Shown: positions 13,633-27,190 of the stretch, piece by piece | Layout: each line of letters begins with the position of its first letter | Numbering within the stretch: the first letter of the stretch is position 1 | Source: Eledone cirrhosa | Taxonomy: Eukaryota | Direction: 5' to 3' | Length of the DNA: 64,000 nt | NCBI GenBank assembly: GCA_964016885.1 | Contig: OZ024757.1 | Coordinates: 19,220,001-19,284,000 of the forward strand | The notes under the pieces: generated by a model | The model's database searches: none | What the model was told of the DNA's origin: nothing | What the model saw: the letters and a program-made list of their open reading frames with translations, nothing else | Position numbers and translations under genes: made by a program

Positions 13633-13907
13633 CCAGACTTCTAACCTATAAACCCACCACATCATCTCACCAATTCTCAGCTTCAGTTTTCATTGAGAGA
13701 AGAGTTCAAAATATTTCTTCTAACACATCCAACCAGCTGCCTCTCTCTCTCCCTATCTCTCTAGCTCTTTCTCTCTCTCTGTCTGTCTAGCTCTCTCTCT
13801 CTCTAGCTCTCTAGCTCTCTCTCTCTCTGTCTGTCTAGCTCTCTCTCTCTCTCTCTCTCTAGCTCTCTCTCTCTCTGTCTCTCTATCTCTCTCTCTCTCT
13901 CTCTGTC

Positions 13908-13940
<33 letters not shown>

Positions 13941-14456
13941 AGCAGTCTCTCTATCTCTAGCTCTCTCTAGCAGTCTCTCTCTCTCTGTCTGTCTAGCTCT
14001 CTCTCTCTCTAGCTCTCTAGCTCTCCCTCTAGCAGTCTCTCTCTGTCTGTCTAGCTCTCTCTCTCTCTCTCTCTAGCAGTCTACCTATATGACTATTTAG
14101 CTGTGTCTGTCTGTCTGTCTGTCTAACACTTTGTCTATTTATTTATTTCTCTCTCTATTCATCTCCCTGTCTATCTATATTTACCTCCCTGACGATGTAG
14201 CTGTCTCTACACCTGTCTACCTATCTCTCTATGCCTGTTTATAGCCATATATACCTCTCTATATATGCACGTCTACCTATCTATCTCTCCATCCATCTTA
14301 TATCAGATAGGGTGTGGTAAAACCCAGCTAGACCATGACCCAGCAGAGTACTCAATACTTGGGGTAGTAGAGTGGGTAATAGGAAAAGATTCAGGACCCC
14401 CGACGGCTGAGCTGTCGAAATGTCTGGAGCTCAGCCGTCGAGGTCCTGAATCTTTT

Positions 14457-14990
14457 CATAGTAAGGATCAAACCACCAGCCTCTTTCAAAAACGAAAGAG
14501 AGGCGGTTTTCCTCTGTACGGTGGCTATGGTGAAAGAGGTTATATGGTGGACGAGATTGAGAGGACTGAGGACAGATGCCTTTCTCTCCGGACAACAATT
14601 GATTCCCTTCTTTAAGTATCACTTTAGAAGGAGAATCAGAGTGGAGAGAGAGGCACTGCACCCCAGTAAATTTACTGAAAGGTAGGTGAATGAAGCGAAA
14701 ATGGCCCGAGTGATTGGGCCTTCTCTGTATATAAGCCTGTAGGTTAAAGAAGAGAGCAAAAGGAAGAAGGGAGCACTTGCACAACACGTGCCTGAAGTTG
14801 AGGGTTGTTCTAACTACGGGGTGTCAAACAACCCATTTGTGACGCCTCACCCCTATTGAGGATTTCGATTGTTATAATTGTTTGTTTGTTTCAATATTTT
14901 TACACGACTGTATGTAAAATCCCCGGCATGTGTCTTTGTATTGTCCCCTTTTCTTGTGCGCCCTTGTGGCAAATAAAGAAATATATCTAT
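14457..14990 (+). mobile_element. Tx1/L1-clade LINE 3' fragment
   Basis: Homologous to 17815-18337 (IVRI-PP-SFKNE...AVFLC), with 3' UTR ending gtggcaaataaagaaa before a tcta/ta tract. Confidence 0.8.
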
Positions 14991-15222
14991 ATATATATAT
15001 AAATATAAATTCAGCGAGAATCACATTTCAGCGGGTAGAAAAAGCGAAACGTAACGCAAATTCCGAGTCATGCTGGCAAGCGCTCCATGGGCTAAAAGAC
15101 CAGAGCAATAAACATAGGTTATAAAGGCCATACAAACTGAGAAGGCGGTCAAGAAGCTATAGACCACCTAAGCCAAAAAACAAGTCAAGCTAAACAGGTC
15201 AGACAAAATAAATGACATATTC

Positions 15223-15254
<32 letters not shown>

Positions 15255-15273
15255 TAGATGTTAAACGATGATG

Positions 15274-15473
15274 ATATATAAGATCAAAAGATGGTTAAAT
15301 GAGTTCCATGTATTTTATTATGCGCATTTCAAAAACAAATATCATCATGCAATAACATTTGTGTTTTCATCAGATGATGAAAACACAAATGTTATTGCAT
15401 GATGATATTTGTTTTTGAAATGCGCATAATAAAATACATGGAACTCATTTAACCATCTTTTGATCTTATATAT
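15274..15473. repeat. Perfect ~99-bp-arm palindrome containing a hammerhead (15315-15377, minus)
   Basis: Arms meet at ga 15373-15374; minus strand reads tcat CTGATGA aaacacaaatgtta...tttt GAAA tgcgca TA ataa. Confidence 0.85.
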
Positions 15474-15564
15474 TATCTTATGTATACTCCAGTCCTACAA
15501 ACTGTAGAGTGCTTCTTATCCGATATCTGCATTGCTTTATTGTACTACAATAAAACTCACCTCC

Positions 15565-15609
<45 letters not shown>

Positions 15610-15625
15610 TAGACGTTAAACGATG

Positions 15626-15657
<32 letters not shown>

Positions 15658-15853
15658 AATGTATAAGAATAACATTAAGAAAAATGGTGTTACATAGATC
15701 GTTTATTCATATGCATTTTTCTTAATGTTATTTTATACTGAATCTCCATCATAACTAGAAACTACGAATGTTGAGAGCTTTCTCCTGCTTACTCCTGTTT
15801 TTTTACCAAAACAACATGTACTGAACACACAGACACACACACATATATATATA

Positions 15854-16218
15854 TCCGTTGGATGTGCAGTGTAAATGTGCGTGATACGACCCAGCATAAA
15901 TGTGTTGAGAGAGAAACTGTGTCTGAGAGGGATAGAATGTAGTGTACGGGAGAGGAGACTGAGGTGGTATGGACATGTGATGCGCATGGAGGATGACCGA
16001 TGGGTGAAGAAGTGCCAGGAATTGCCAGTTGAAGGAAGACGTGGTAGAGGTAGACCAAGAAAAACATGGGCGGAGGTGGTAAGAACAGACCTCAGATCAT
16101 TGAAGCTCACGGTGGAGATGACGAGGGACCGTGATGAGTGGAGAGATGCTGTGCTGAATAAGACCCGTCCCACCCTTGCAAGCAGGGAAAAGCGGACGTA
16201 AAATGATGATGATGATGA
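15854..16218 (+). mobile_element. RTE-clade LINE 3' fragment (family R2)
   Basis: RERRLRWYGHVMRMEDDRWVKKC...RGRGRPRKTWAEVV...DRDEWR, ending in a (TGA)n tail. Confidence 0.9.
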
Positions 16219-16270
16219 TATATATATATATATATGTCTATCTGTCTATATAGCTATCTATCTATATATA

Positions 16271-16908
16271 GGAGGTATATGATTTTTAAAGCGATGAAAT
16301 ACCAATGAAGGTTAGAAAATCACTGACGAGGGACTATTTTTATCATATGTAACCCATGTGCAACCACGCAGTATTCTTCTTTCTTCTCATGTTTTTTATA
16401 TATATTTACCTCAGCTGCGTTTGTCTGTTTCTGTCTTACTGCTTCCCCGCTCTCTCTGTTTCTCTCACCGTCTTTCGCCCCCTCTGTCAGTTACACTTTC
16501 TCTCGACTGACCTCTTCCTCACACTTCCACTCACTCACTCTCTGTTTCTCCCCTTCTCACTTCCTCCCGTTTGGCCTGTGTGGGTCACTTCTTGCTCACA
16601 TCTCACTCACGTCGGATGGTCTGTATCTCGCTCGCTCATGATATCCACCCAGCTTAAGCTGACCGGATAACCATGTTGTTTGTTTTTTCCTATCTTTGCG
16701 TTGCTATCCTTCCCTGTTGTTTACTGTCTTGCCCGCTTTACGCGATTTACTTGTCCCAATAGATTTATTTAGCTATTGCTTGCACCAACCGGAGGTATAT
16801 GATTTTTAAAGCGATGAAATACCAATGAAGGTTGGAAAATCACTGACGAAGGACTATTTTTATCATATGGAACCCATGTGCAACCACGCAGTATTCTTTC
16901 TTCTCATG

Positions 16909-16916
<8 letters not shown>
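16271..16916 (+). mobile_element. Non-coding element with ~130-bp terminal direct repeats (520-bp period)
   Basis: 16271-16400 is repeated at 16791-16916; a third, inverted copy lies near 8790-8910; TA flanks. Confidence 0.65.
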
Positions 16917-16952
<36 letters not shown>

Positions 16953-17430
16953 ATCTATCTATCTATCTATATATATATATATATAAAGAAATCTATCTAT
17001 ATATATATATATATATATATACCAAACCCATGCAAGCGTGGAAGATGGACATTAAACGATGATGATGATGATCTATCTATATATTATATATATCTGCCTA
17101 TATACCTATCTATCTATATATGCCTATCTGTCTATATACCTCTCTCTCTCTCTTTCTCTTTCTCTCTCTCTCTCTCTCTCTATTTGTTTAGCAAGATTCT
17201 TTATCTGAAAACGTGTTTCCAACCGGAAATTTATAAATTTTTTTAATCTATAATTTAAGTTATAATAAATTGGAGTGAAACAACTGGTGCGTGTATAACA
17301 ATATATATATCGGGGTCTTGAACATTTTCCTATATATATGTCTATATACCTATCTATTTCTATTTATCAACCTATATATCAATCTATCTATATATCTATC
17401 TATCTATTTATCTATTTATCTATCTGTCTA

Positions 17431-18337
17431 ACGGCAATCAGCGGAGACTCCACTTCGCCATTCTATAGGGGATTAGTGGAGGATAAGTGCGACGACGTTC
17501 TCGGGGAAACTCTAGGCATCGAGGAAGACGAACTGACCAGTCTGTTCGGGAGGACTTTCCGTCCAGGGCCTATGGATAACTTCCAGTGGTCTCTGGCCTG
17601 GCAGTGCTACCGAGGAGCTCTACCAGTTCGAGACAAACTATACAGGCATGGACGCCCTGGCAGAGATCCTGCCAAAAGGACCTGTCCAAGGTGCGAGCAG
17701 GACATCGAAACCGTTCTGCACGCAATTGTTCAGTGTCCAGGGGTGACCGACCTGTGGAATTATGTTGAACAGCTGCTGTCACGTGTGGGATGCATCCAGT
17801 TGTCAGCCAAGTCCATCGTGAGGATCACCCCGCCGCCTTCATTTAAGAACGAAGGAGAGGCGGTCTTCCTCTGTCTGGCGGCTACGGCGAAAGAGGTAAT
17901 ATGGTGGACGAGGTTAAAAGGACTGAGGGCAGACACCTTTCTCTCCGGACAACAACTTATCCCTTTCTTTAAGTATCACTTCAGAAGGAAGGTGAGAGTG
18001 GAGAGAGAGGTGCTACACCCCAGTAAATTCGCTGAAAGGTGGGTGAATGTGGCGACAGTGGCCCGAGTGAATCGGCCTTCTCTGTATATAAACCTGTAGG
18101 TTGAGGAAGATAAACAGAGGGAAGACAGGAACACCTACAAAACGTGTTCCTGGTGTTGAGGGTTGTTCTATCCACGGGGTGTAAAACAACCCTGCAGTAA
18201 CGTTCCCCCCCCCCCCTATTGGAGATTTCAATTGTTATTTTATTATATATAGTTTATTGTTATTTATTAATGTTAAAGTTATTTTTATGTAAAACCCCTG
18301 CCGTCACGTCTTGTAACCCCTGTGGCAAATAAAGAAC
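17431..18337 (+). mobile_element. Tx1/L1-clade LINE, 5'-truncated (ORF2 C-terminal zinc-binding region to 18099 plus 3' UTR)
   Basis: LAWQCYRGALPV...TCPRCEQDIETVLHAIVQCP (zf-RVT-like CxxC..H..C motif); flanked by (TCTA)n on both sides. Confidence 0.85.
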
Positions 18338-18339
18338 GA

Positions 18340-18372
<33 letters not shown>

Positions 18373-18637
18373 GTCTGTCTATATTATATCTATCTATCTG
18401 TCTATATTTTGTATTTGTCCCCTGTTTTTGTGCCCCTGTGGCTAATAAAGAAACATATATTATAGATATCTCTCTGTCTATTTATCACATCTATTTATAT
18501 TTACCTATCTTGCTCTGTGTCTATTTACCTGGCTGTCTCTTTATCAACATCACTGTCTATTTACCTACCTGTCAATTTACCTGTCCATCTCTTTACCCTA
18601 CATATATATTCAACTCTGTCTCTACTAATCCTTCTGG

Positions 18638-18686
<49 letters not shown>

Positions 18687-19533
18687 TTTGTATATATTTA
18701 CCTGTCTTTTCACCTATCTATCTATTTACCTGTGTAAATTGTTTGTTTTTATATTTTTTACACGACTGTATGTAAAATCCCCGGCATGTCTTTGTATTGT
18801 CCCCTTTCTTGTTGCGCCCTTGTGGTTAATAAAGAAATCTATCTATTTACCTGTATATCTCTTCACTTTCTGTCTATTTACCTGTATATTTATTTACTTA
18901 TCTGTCTCTTTACCTGTGTATCTATTCACCTATCTATCCATTTACCTATCTATCTGTTTACCTATCTATCTGTTTACCTATCTTTCTATTTACCTGTCTA
19001 TCTATTTACCTTTATATCTGTTTACCTATTTGTCTATTTACCTATCTTTCTATTCACCTATCTTTCCATTCACCTGTATATCTGTTTGCCTATCTCTCTA
19101 TTCACCTATCTGTCTATTCATTTATCTGTATGCCTCACCTGTGTATCTCACCTACATTATGTCATGTTCAATCCTCCCGACCCCCCCAACCCCAACACTA
19201 AAATATTTAATAACCACAGAAGTAGTGTACCGCTGTAGCTAACTTCCACCAGCAGAAATTATGTGAGAAATACCACCGACACAGAGGCAGGCATGAAGGC
19301 CACTTAATCTCATATATTCTCCACATCAGACCTGCTACACAGACGTGAGGTCAGGTGGTTATCTGAGAAACTAATCAATAACAAACCCAGTGTTTTCATT
19401 CAACTCACCTGTCCTACACACACACTCGCCCCCACACTCCCCCATTCCCCCATTTTACCCCCACACTCCCCCATTCCCCCATGTTACCCCATATATATAT
19501 ATATATATATAATACATATACACATACACACAT

Positions 19534-19592
<59 letters not shown>

Positions 19593-19600
19593 TCCTGCTA

Positions 19601-19634
<34 letters not shown>

Positions 19635-19767
19635 CTGCTAGTATATATATATATATATATTCCTGCTAGTATATATATATATATATATATATATTCCTGC
19701 TAGTATATATATATATATATATTCCTGCTAGTATATATATATATATATATATATATATTCCTGCTAG

Positions 19768-19798
<31 letters not shown>

Positions 19799-19826
19799 CT
19801 GCTAGTATATATATATATACCTGCTA

Positions 19827-19879
<53 letters not shown>

Positions 19880-19884
19880 TATAT

Positions 19885-20049
19885 AGGTAAGTTATTCCGG
19901 GTTGAATCGGAGGTAACCACAGTAAGTAAAGTACTCAATACATAGCAGAGTATAAAAGTTTTAATATAGAAGAGCTTCTACAGGACTAGAACTGTTTCAA
20001 ATCCTGATGATTTCTCACGAATGAAACAGTTCTAGTCCTGTAGAAGCTC

Positions 20050-20057
<8 letters not shown>
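19885..20057. mobile_element. Fold-back hammerhead element (family of 2262-2397)
   Basis: 36-bp inverted arms 19964-19999 and 20022-20057; plus strand CTGATGA (20004) tttc-tcac-gaat GAAA cag TTC. Confidence 0.7.
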
Positions 20058-20093
<36 letters not shown>

Positions 20094-20176
20094 CACACAA
20101 GAGTCACTCTAACCTTCCATTGTCTGTTCTATACTGGATTAACAACACTGGATTGGTCCTGTTTACAATGTTGTTT

Positions 20177-20360
20177 ACTACTACTGATGCCACTACTACT
20201 GCTACTACTACTACTACTACTTCTACTACTACTGATGCCACTACTACTGCTACTACTACTACTACTACTTCTACTACTACTGATGCCACTACTACTGCTA
20301 CTACTACTACTACTGATGCCACTACTACTACTACTGATGCCACTACTACTGCTACTGATG

Positions 20361-20397
<37 letters not shown>

Positions 20398-20468
20398 TAT
20401 TACTGATGCCACTACTACTACTACTACTGATGCCACTACTACTGCTACTACTACTACTACTACTGATG

Positions 20469-20505
<37 letters not shown>

Positions 20506-20719
20506 TATTACTGATGCCACTACTACTACTACTACTGATGCCACTACTACTGCTACTACTACTACTACTACTGATGCCACTACTACTACTACTACTACTA
20601 TTACTACTACTACTACTACTGATGCCACTACTACTGCTACTACTACTACTACTGATGCCACTACTACTGCTTTTACTACTACTACTACTGATGCCACTAC
20701 TACTACTACTGCTGATGCC

Positions 20720-20751
<32 letters not shown>

Positions 20752-21053
20752 TATTACTGATGCCACTACTACTACTACTACTACTTCTACTATTACTGAT
20801 GCCACTACTACTACTACTACTACTTCTACTACTACTGATGCTACTACTACTGCTACTACTACCGCTACTACTGCTGATGCCACTACTACTACTACTATTA
20901 CTGATGCCACTACTACTACTACTACTAATGTTTCTACTTCTACTTCTACTCCTACTTATGCCACCACCACTACTACTACTTATGCCACCACCACCACCAC
21001 TACTACTACTGCTGATGCTACTAATAGTGCTACTATTACTACCACCACCACCA
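20177..21053. repeat. (ACT)n repeat punctuated by gatgcc
   Basis: Direct reading; produces a mucin-like T/D/A ORF without gene context. Confidence 0.9.
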
Positions 21054-21077
21054 TTGTCGTTTTAACGTCCACTTTCC

Positions 21078-22216
21078 CTACTCTCGTAGTTGAAATTAAT
21101 ATATCCAAGATTTCACAGCTCTAACATCACTCCTTCATAGTCAGCCTATGAACTTTTCAGGCTACTCTCGTAGTTGAAATTAATATATCCAAGATTTCAC
21201 AGCTCTAACATCACTCCTTCATAGTCAGCCTATGAACTTTTCAGGCTACTCTCGTAGTTGAAATTAATATATCCAAGATTTCACAGCTCTAACATCACTC
21301 CTTCATAGTCAGCCTACAAACTTTTCAGGCTACTCTCGTAGTTGAAATTAATATATCCAAGATTTCACAGCTCTAACATCACTCCTTCATAGTCAGCCTA
21401 CAAACTTTTCAGGCTACTCTCGTAGTTGAAATTAATATATCCAAGATTTCACAGCTCTAACATCACTCCTTCATAGTCAGCCTACAAACTTTTCAGGCTA
21501 CTCTCGTAGTTGAAATTAATGTATCCAAGATTTCACAGCTCTAACATCACTCCTTCATAGTCAGCCTACAAACTTTTCAGGCTACTCTCGTAGTTGAAAT
21601 TAATGTATCCAAGATTTCACAGCTCTAACATCACTCCTTCATAGTCAGCCTACAAACTTTTCAGGCTACTCTCGTAGTTGAAATTAATGTATCCAAGATT
21701 TCACAGCTCTAACATCACTCCTTCATCGCCAGGCTACTCTCGTAGTTGAAATTAATGTATCCAAGATTTCACAGCTCTAACATCACTCCTTCATAGTCAG
21801 CCTATGAACTTTTCAGGCTACTCTCGTAGTTGAAATTAATGTATCCAAGATTTCACAGCTCTAACATCACTCCTTCATGGTCAGGCTACCCTCGTAGTTG
21901 AAATTAATATATCCAAGATTTCACAGCTCTAACATCACTCCTTCATAGTCAGCCTATGAACTTTTCAGGCTACTCTCGTAGTTGAAATTAATGTATCCAA
22001 GATTTCACAGCTCTAACATCACTCCTTCGTGGTCAGGCTACCCTCGTAGTTGAAATTAATATATCCAAGATTTCACAGCTCTAACATCACTCCTTCATGG
22101 TCAGCTTACAAACTTTTCAGGCTACTCTCGTAGTTGAAATTAATGTATCCAAGATTTCACAGCTCTAACATCACTCCTTCATGGTCAGCCTATGAACTTT
22201 TCAGCTGACCCTCCTA
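21078..22216. repeat. 84-bp minisatellite (~14 units, some shortened) derived from a mariner-like terminus
   Basis: Period 21078 to 21162; reverse complement of the unit junction reads TAcgagagtagcctgaaaagttcataggctgac, resembling a TA-flanked mariner TIR. Confidence 0.75.
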
Positions 22217-22520
22217 CTAAACACTGTATTTGAACAATATATACATTATGCCATGTATATACTAAACTGTATATATATATATAATGTGTATAAACTGCTT
22301 ATAACAAATGGTGTGTATGTTATATTCTCAGCAGTGTATATATTAAACTGTGTGTAAATTATACAGTGTATATATTGTTTACAATAAACTGCTCATAATG
22401 ATAAACACTGTGTATATATTACATGCATTATACAGTGTATATTGTAAACTGAGTGTATATACAAAACCGTATCTTTAATAGTAGGTTCATCAATCAATGT
22501 ATATATATATATATACACAC

Positions 22521-22567
<47 letters not shown>

Positions 22568-22722
22568 TACATGCTAAAACCATGTATATTATCAGCAATG
22601 CATTGGGAATTTTTGAGAGACACATAAATATTTATATATATATACACACACACATATATATGCATATATACATACATACACACCTATATATATATATATA
22701 TACATATATACATACATACACA

Positions 22723-22792
<70 letters not shown>

Positions 22793-22847
22793 TACATGCT
22801 AAAACCATGTATATTATCAGCAATGCATTGGGAATTTTGAGAGACAC

Positions 22848-22882
<35 letters not shown>

Positions 22883-22933
22883 TATATGTATGCATATATA
22901 CATACATACACACCTATATATATATATATATAT

Positions 22934-23545
22934 ATGGTGGCTGCCAACTCGTTTTCGAGTACGGCCACTACTTTATATCCATGTAGGAGAACCCCTACTG
23001 ATGCGCTGAACGAGTGTGACTTTTTAGTCCAGCCAGCGACTTGAAAGCTCTGGTACAAACACTACACTTGTGACAATTATTGACACATAGTGCTGGGCCC
23101 ATGGTACCATGTGACGACAAATGCAGAGAGATCTCCAGATATAAAGCAATGCCTGTGCCGTGAAGCTTTTATAGTGAGCAAAGGCACTGCACAAAGCCAG
23201 TCCCACTCTCTTAACCAAGATGATATTTACCAAAGAGAAGAACAAGTCAACATCATTGGATACCATCAGGGTTGCAGGTGTTATATCAGAGTTTTCCTTC
23301 TCCTAGAATTCTGCCTTGACAAAGGCTAAGGGGTCATCTCTCCCGGTGATTTTGGATGGCCATTGACTCTTAAGAGCTCCTTTGCCTTTTGACAGGTTTT
23401 GTTTTTAGTCCTGCAGGATGTCCAAAGTCACCCTCCTCACCAAGAAACCTTGGTGGGGTTGCCAGTTTAGTCGCCAACGACTCGACCATGGGACAGGTTG
23501 TACTGGAATACATGTTACCAGTAGCACCAACTGGTGACCTGACAT
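22934..23545. mobile_element. Rearranged probable LINE (RTE-like) 5' UTR; second copy at 35236-35658
   Basis: Two segments shared with 35236-35658 in different order and orientation; contains ctaggagaaggaaaactctga, a motif I recall from RTE-type 5' UTRs. Confidence 0.5.
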
Positions 23546-23585
23546 AATATATATATATATACATACATATATACATATATACACA

Positions 23586-23643
<58 letters not shown>

Positions 23644-24284
23644 TACATGCTAAAACCATGTATATTATCAGCAATGCATTGGGAATTTTTGAGAGACACA
23701 TAAATATATATATATATATATACACACACACATATATATACATACACACCTATATATATATATACATATATACATACATACACACCTATATATATACATA
23801 TATACATATATACATACATACACACCTATATATATATATATATATACAATTACATGCTAAAACCATGTATATTATCAGCAATGCATTGGGAATTTTGAGA
23901 GACACATAAATATATATATATATATACACACACACACATATATATGCATATATACATACATACACACCTATATATATATATATATATATATACATATATA
24001 CACACCTATATATATATATATATACATATATACATACATACACACCTATATATATACATATATATATATACACATATATACATACATACATACACACCTA
24101 TATATATATATATATGGGAAAACAGTCAGGGCCCCGACAGCTGAGCTCCAACCATTTAGATCGGAAACGGTCAGAGCTCAGCCGTCGGGGTCCTGACTCT
24201 TTTCCTATTACCCACTCTACTACCCTAAGTATTGAGTACTCTGGTGCGTTATGGTCCACCTGGTTCCTTACCACACCATCTTTG

Positions 24285-24344
<60 letters not shown>

Positions 24345-24534
24345 GAGATGAGAGGAACAAGCAAATACGTAAATGTGGTTGGTGTTAGGAAGGGCATCCA
24401 GCCGTAGAAAACCTGCCAGATAGTCCTCTATGAGCGAGACACGGTCACCCGACCAGCCTTGCCTCAAGTGGGACAACTCCCGTCTAACCCATGCTAGCGT
24501 GGAAGATGGATGTTAAACAAAGATAATGATGATG

Positions 24535-24565
<31 letters not shown>

Positions 24566-24674
24566 TAAAAAGAACAGAAAGATGCAGTAAAAGAGATTTA
24601 TTCGGTTCTTACGTACGTTTCAATAGACATCTATTTGCCTAGATCTCGCTACATCTATAATATTATATGATAAT

Positions 24675-24863
24675 TGTTTCTACTTTTGGCACAAGGCCAG
24701 CAATTACCCAGTACATGACTGGTACTTTATTTTATCGACCCCGTAAGGATGAAAGGCAAAGTTAACCTCGGCGGGATTTGAACTCAGAATGGAAAGGGCC
24801 GTAACTCTATGCGTCAAAGCATGGCGTCCAACCCTCTACCGATACTGCCAATCCACCGCCCTT
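24675..24863 (-). mobile_element. tRNA-derived SINE family C (Meta-like core), full length, 15-bp TSD
   Basis: A-box TGGCAGTATCGG, B-box GAGTTCAAATCC, core gcctttcatccttacggggtcgataaaat; TSD atattatatgataat at 24660-24674 and 24864-24878. Confidence 0.9.
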
Positions 24864-24877
24864 ATATTATATGATAA

Positions 24878-24992
24878 TCTCTGATGATATGGGATCGATT
24901 GTGCATTGGATATCGAATGCTCTACTAAATATATAATATTATAGATGTAGCGAGATCTAGGCAAATAGATGTCTATTGAAACGTACGTAAGA
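24878..24992 (+). ncRNA. Type-I hammerhead ribozyme with ~90-nt stem II
   Basis: tct CTGATGA tatgg...ctatt GAAA cgtacg TA aga, AATAAA at 24997; inverted copy of its 3' part at 24558-24668. Confidence 0.7.
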
Positions 24993-25183
24993 ACCGAATA
25001 AATCTCTTTTACTGCATCTTTCTGTTCTTTTTAATTCTCTATACACGCCCCGGAATATAGCTAAACTGGAATATACACCTTTTTTCTGCATTTCGTTGAG
25101 CAGCACTCTGTTGTAAGCTGACCTTCTCCTACACAGTACATAACACTGTGTCCTGGAAAACCTTAATGCACTCGTGCATAACC

Positions 25184-25257
<74 letters not shown>

Positions 25258-25614
25258 AGGATAAAAAGGACGATTGATTATTCCTTCATTGCATTTATTG
25301 ATAGGTGTCGCGCATTTCGCCCCTGATCAGCTCAAGGTTCGATCTATATCGATCCTACCCGACTCAATAATCGGCAGCTCGACGGACCCTCTTAAAATGC
25401 TAGTTACACCCCCCTGGATATATATATATATATATATATATATATGGTTGGTGTTAGGAAGGGCATCCAACTGTAGAAAACCTGCCAGACAGTCCTATGC
25501 AAGCAAGACAATCACTCTTGCCTCAAGTGGGAATACCCCCGTCCAAACCCATGCAAGCGTGGAACACGGACGTTAAACGTTGATGATGATGATGATGATA
25601 TATATATATATATA

Positions 25615-25795
25615 TTTGTTTCTACTTTTTGGCACAAGGCCAGCAATTACTCCAGTGCATTACTGGTACTTTATTTTATCGACCCCGTAAGGATGAAAGG
25701 CAAAGTTAACGTCGGCGGGATTTGAACTCAGAATGGCAAGGACCGTAACTCTATGCGTCAAAGCATGGCGTCCGACCCTCTACTGATACTGCCAA
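25615..25795 (-). mobile_element. SINE family C
   Basis: Near-identical to 24675-24863; other copies near 9025-9120, 34097-34275 (+), 34950-35137, 43048-43175 and 63925-64000. Confidence 0.85.
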
Positions 25796-25862
25796 TTAAT
25801 ATTGAGATGAGAGGAACAAGCAAAATTTGAACAATCTTTCAAAATAAATTCAAAATACAATT

Positions 25863-25942
<80 letters not shown>

Positions 25943-26206
25943 AATAAAATTATCGAGAATCGGAACTTCAGCCCACGAAATAATGAAAAACAATCTTCGA
26001 AATATGCGGCAAAGTGCTCAATGGTTCGGTTGAACCAGAGCTATAACTAACGTTTAATACCAACACACTGAGACGATGCTTAAACAATCATTCGCACAGC
26101 CAAATAATATGATCAAGTAATTCGGGTCAAACAAATAAAAATATATATATATATATATACGATATTAAATAAATGGAAACTATATTTATAAAACCATATT
26201 TATTTC

Positions 26207-26262
26207 ATTATACATATTTCAGAGATACCAAATTAAAATATGGTATGCCTTCATCAGACAAA
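26207..26262 (-). ncRNA. Hammerhead motif (family shared with 31585, 62527/62693 and 63052)
   Basis: ttgt CTGATGA aggcataccatatt-tt-aatttggtatctct GAAA tatg TA taat; strong stem II, weak stem I. Confidence 0.6.
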
Positions 26263-26770
26263 ATACAATATATAAACAGTTTTATAAATAATTTTGACGT
26301 ACCCTATTAAATGCAACCATTATTTTTGGAAGCTGTCTGGATAGTGAGATGTTTATATTATTTTATTAGTTATAGTGTTAAGCACAATTAGAAAAAGATG
26401 GAGAGAAAGAAAAAACGGAGAGAGAGAAGGAGAGAGAGAAAAAGAAAACCTGGAGAAATATCAGAGAGAGAGAGAGAAATGTATGTAGAAAAGAAAGAGA
26501 TAAATAGATAGGAGGAAATAAAAAAGAAAGAAAAAAGGAAGAAATAAGAAAAACAAAGGAAAGCAACAGAGAGATAATAAGTCATCATACAGATAGAAAA
26601 ACTCAAGAGAGAGAAAATACTATATAGAGAGAGAGGGGGAGATAGTGACAACTTTATGTCATGTCATATTAAGTTGAGTTAACAATTTATATGAAATGAA
26701 TAATAAAAATATAAATATCAATATTCATATATATATATATATAGGAACGAGTAGGACCCCGACGGCTTAA

Positions 26771-26838
<68 letters not shown>

Positions 26839-27153
26839 CTTTATTATGAATGCTAATGTAAACTGTATCACCGATGGCTCTATAATACTATAATATAACC
26901 CCGCCTATTACAAGCAGTGTCTATACAGTAGGACAGTTCTTTAATAAAACACCTTTATAAGATATTTTCTTTACTTTTCAAAACCTTTGACATTCAACAC
27001 AGACATACATACACTCTATGTATCACCTAGCTATCTTTATCTCTCTCTACCCCTCTCTCTACTTAGCTATCTTTATCTCTCTCTACCTAGCTATCTTTAT
27101 CTCTCTCTACCCCTCTCTCTCACTCTCTCTCTACCTCTCTCTCTCACTCTCTC

Positions 27154-27190
<37 letters not shown>

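Noticed and set aside
20120-21124. 334-aa Thr-rich mucin-like ORF
   Set aside because: It is an (ACT)n repeat open in multiple frames on both strands, with no splice or domain support
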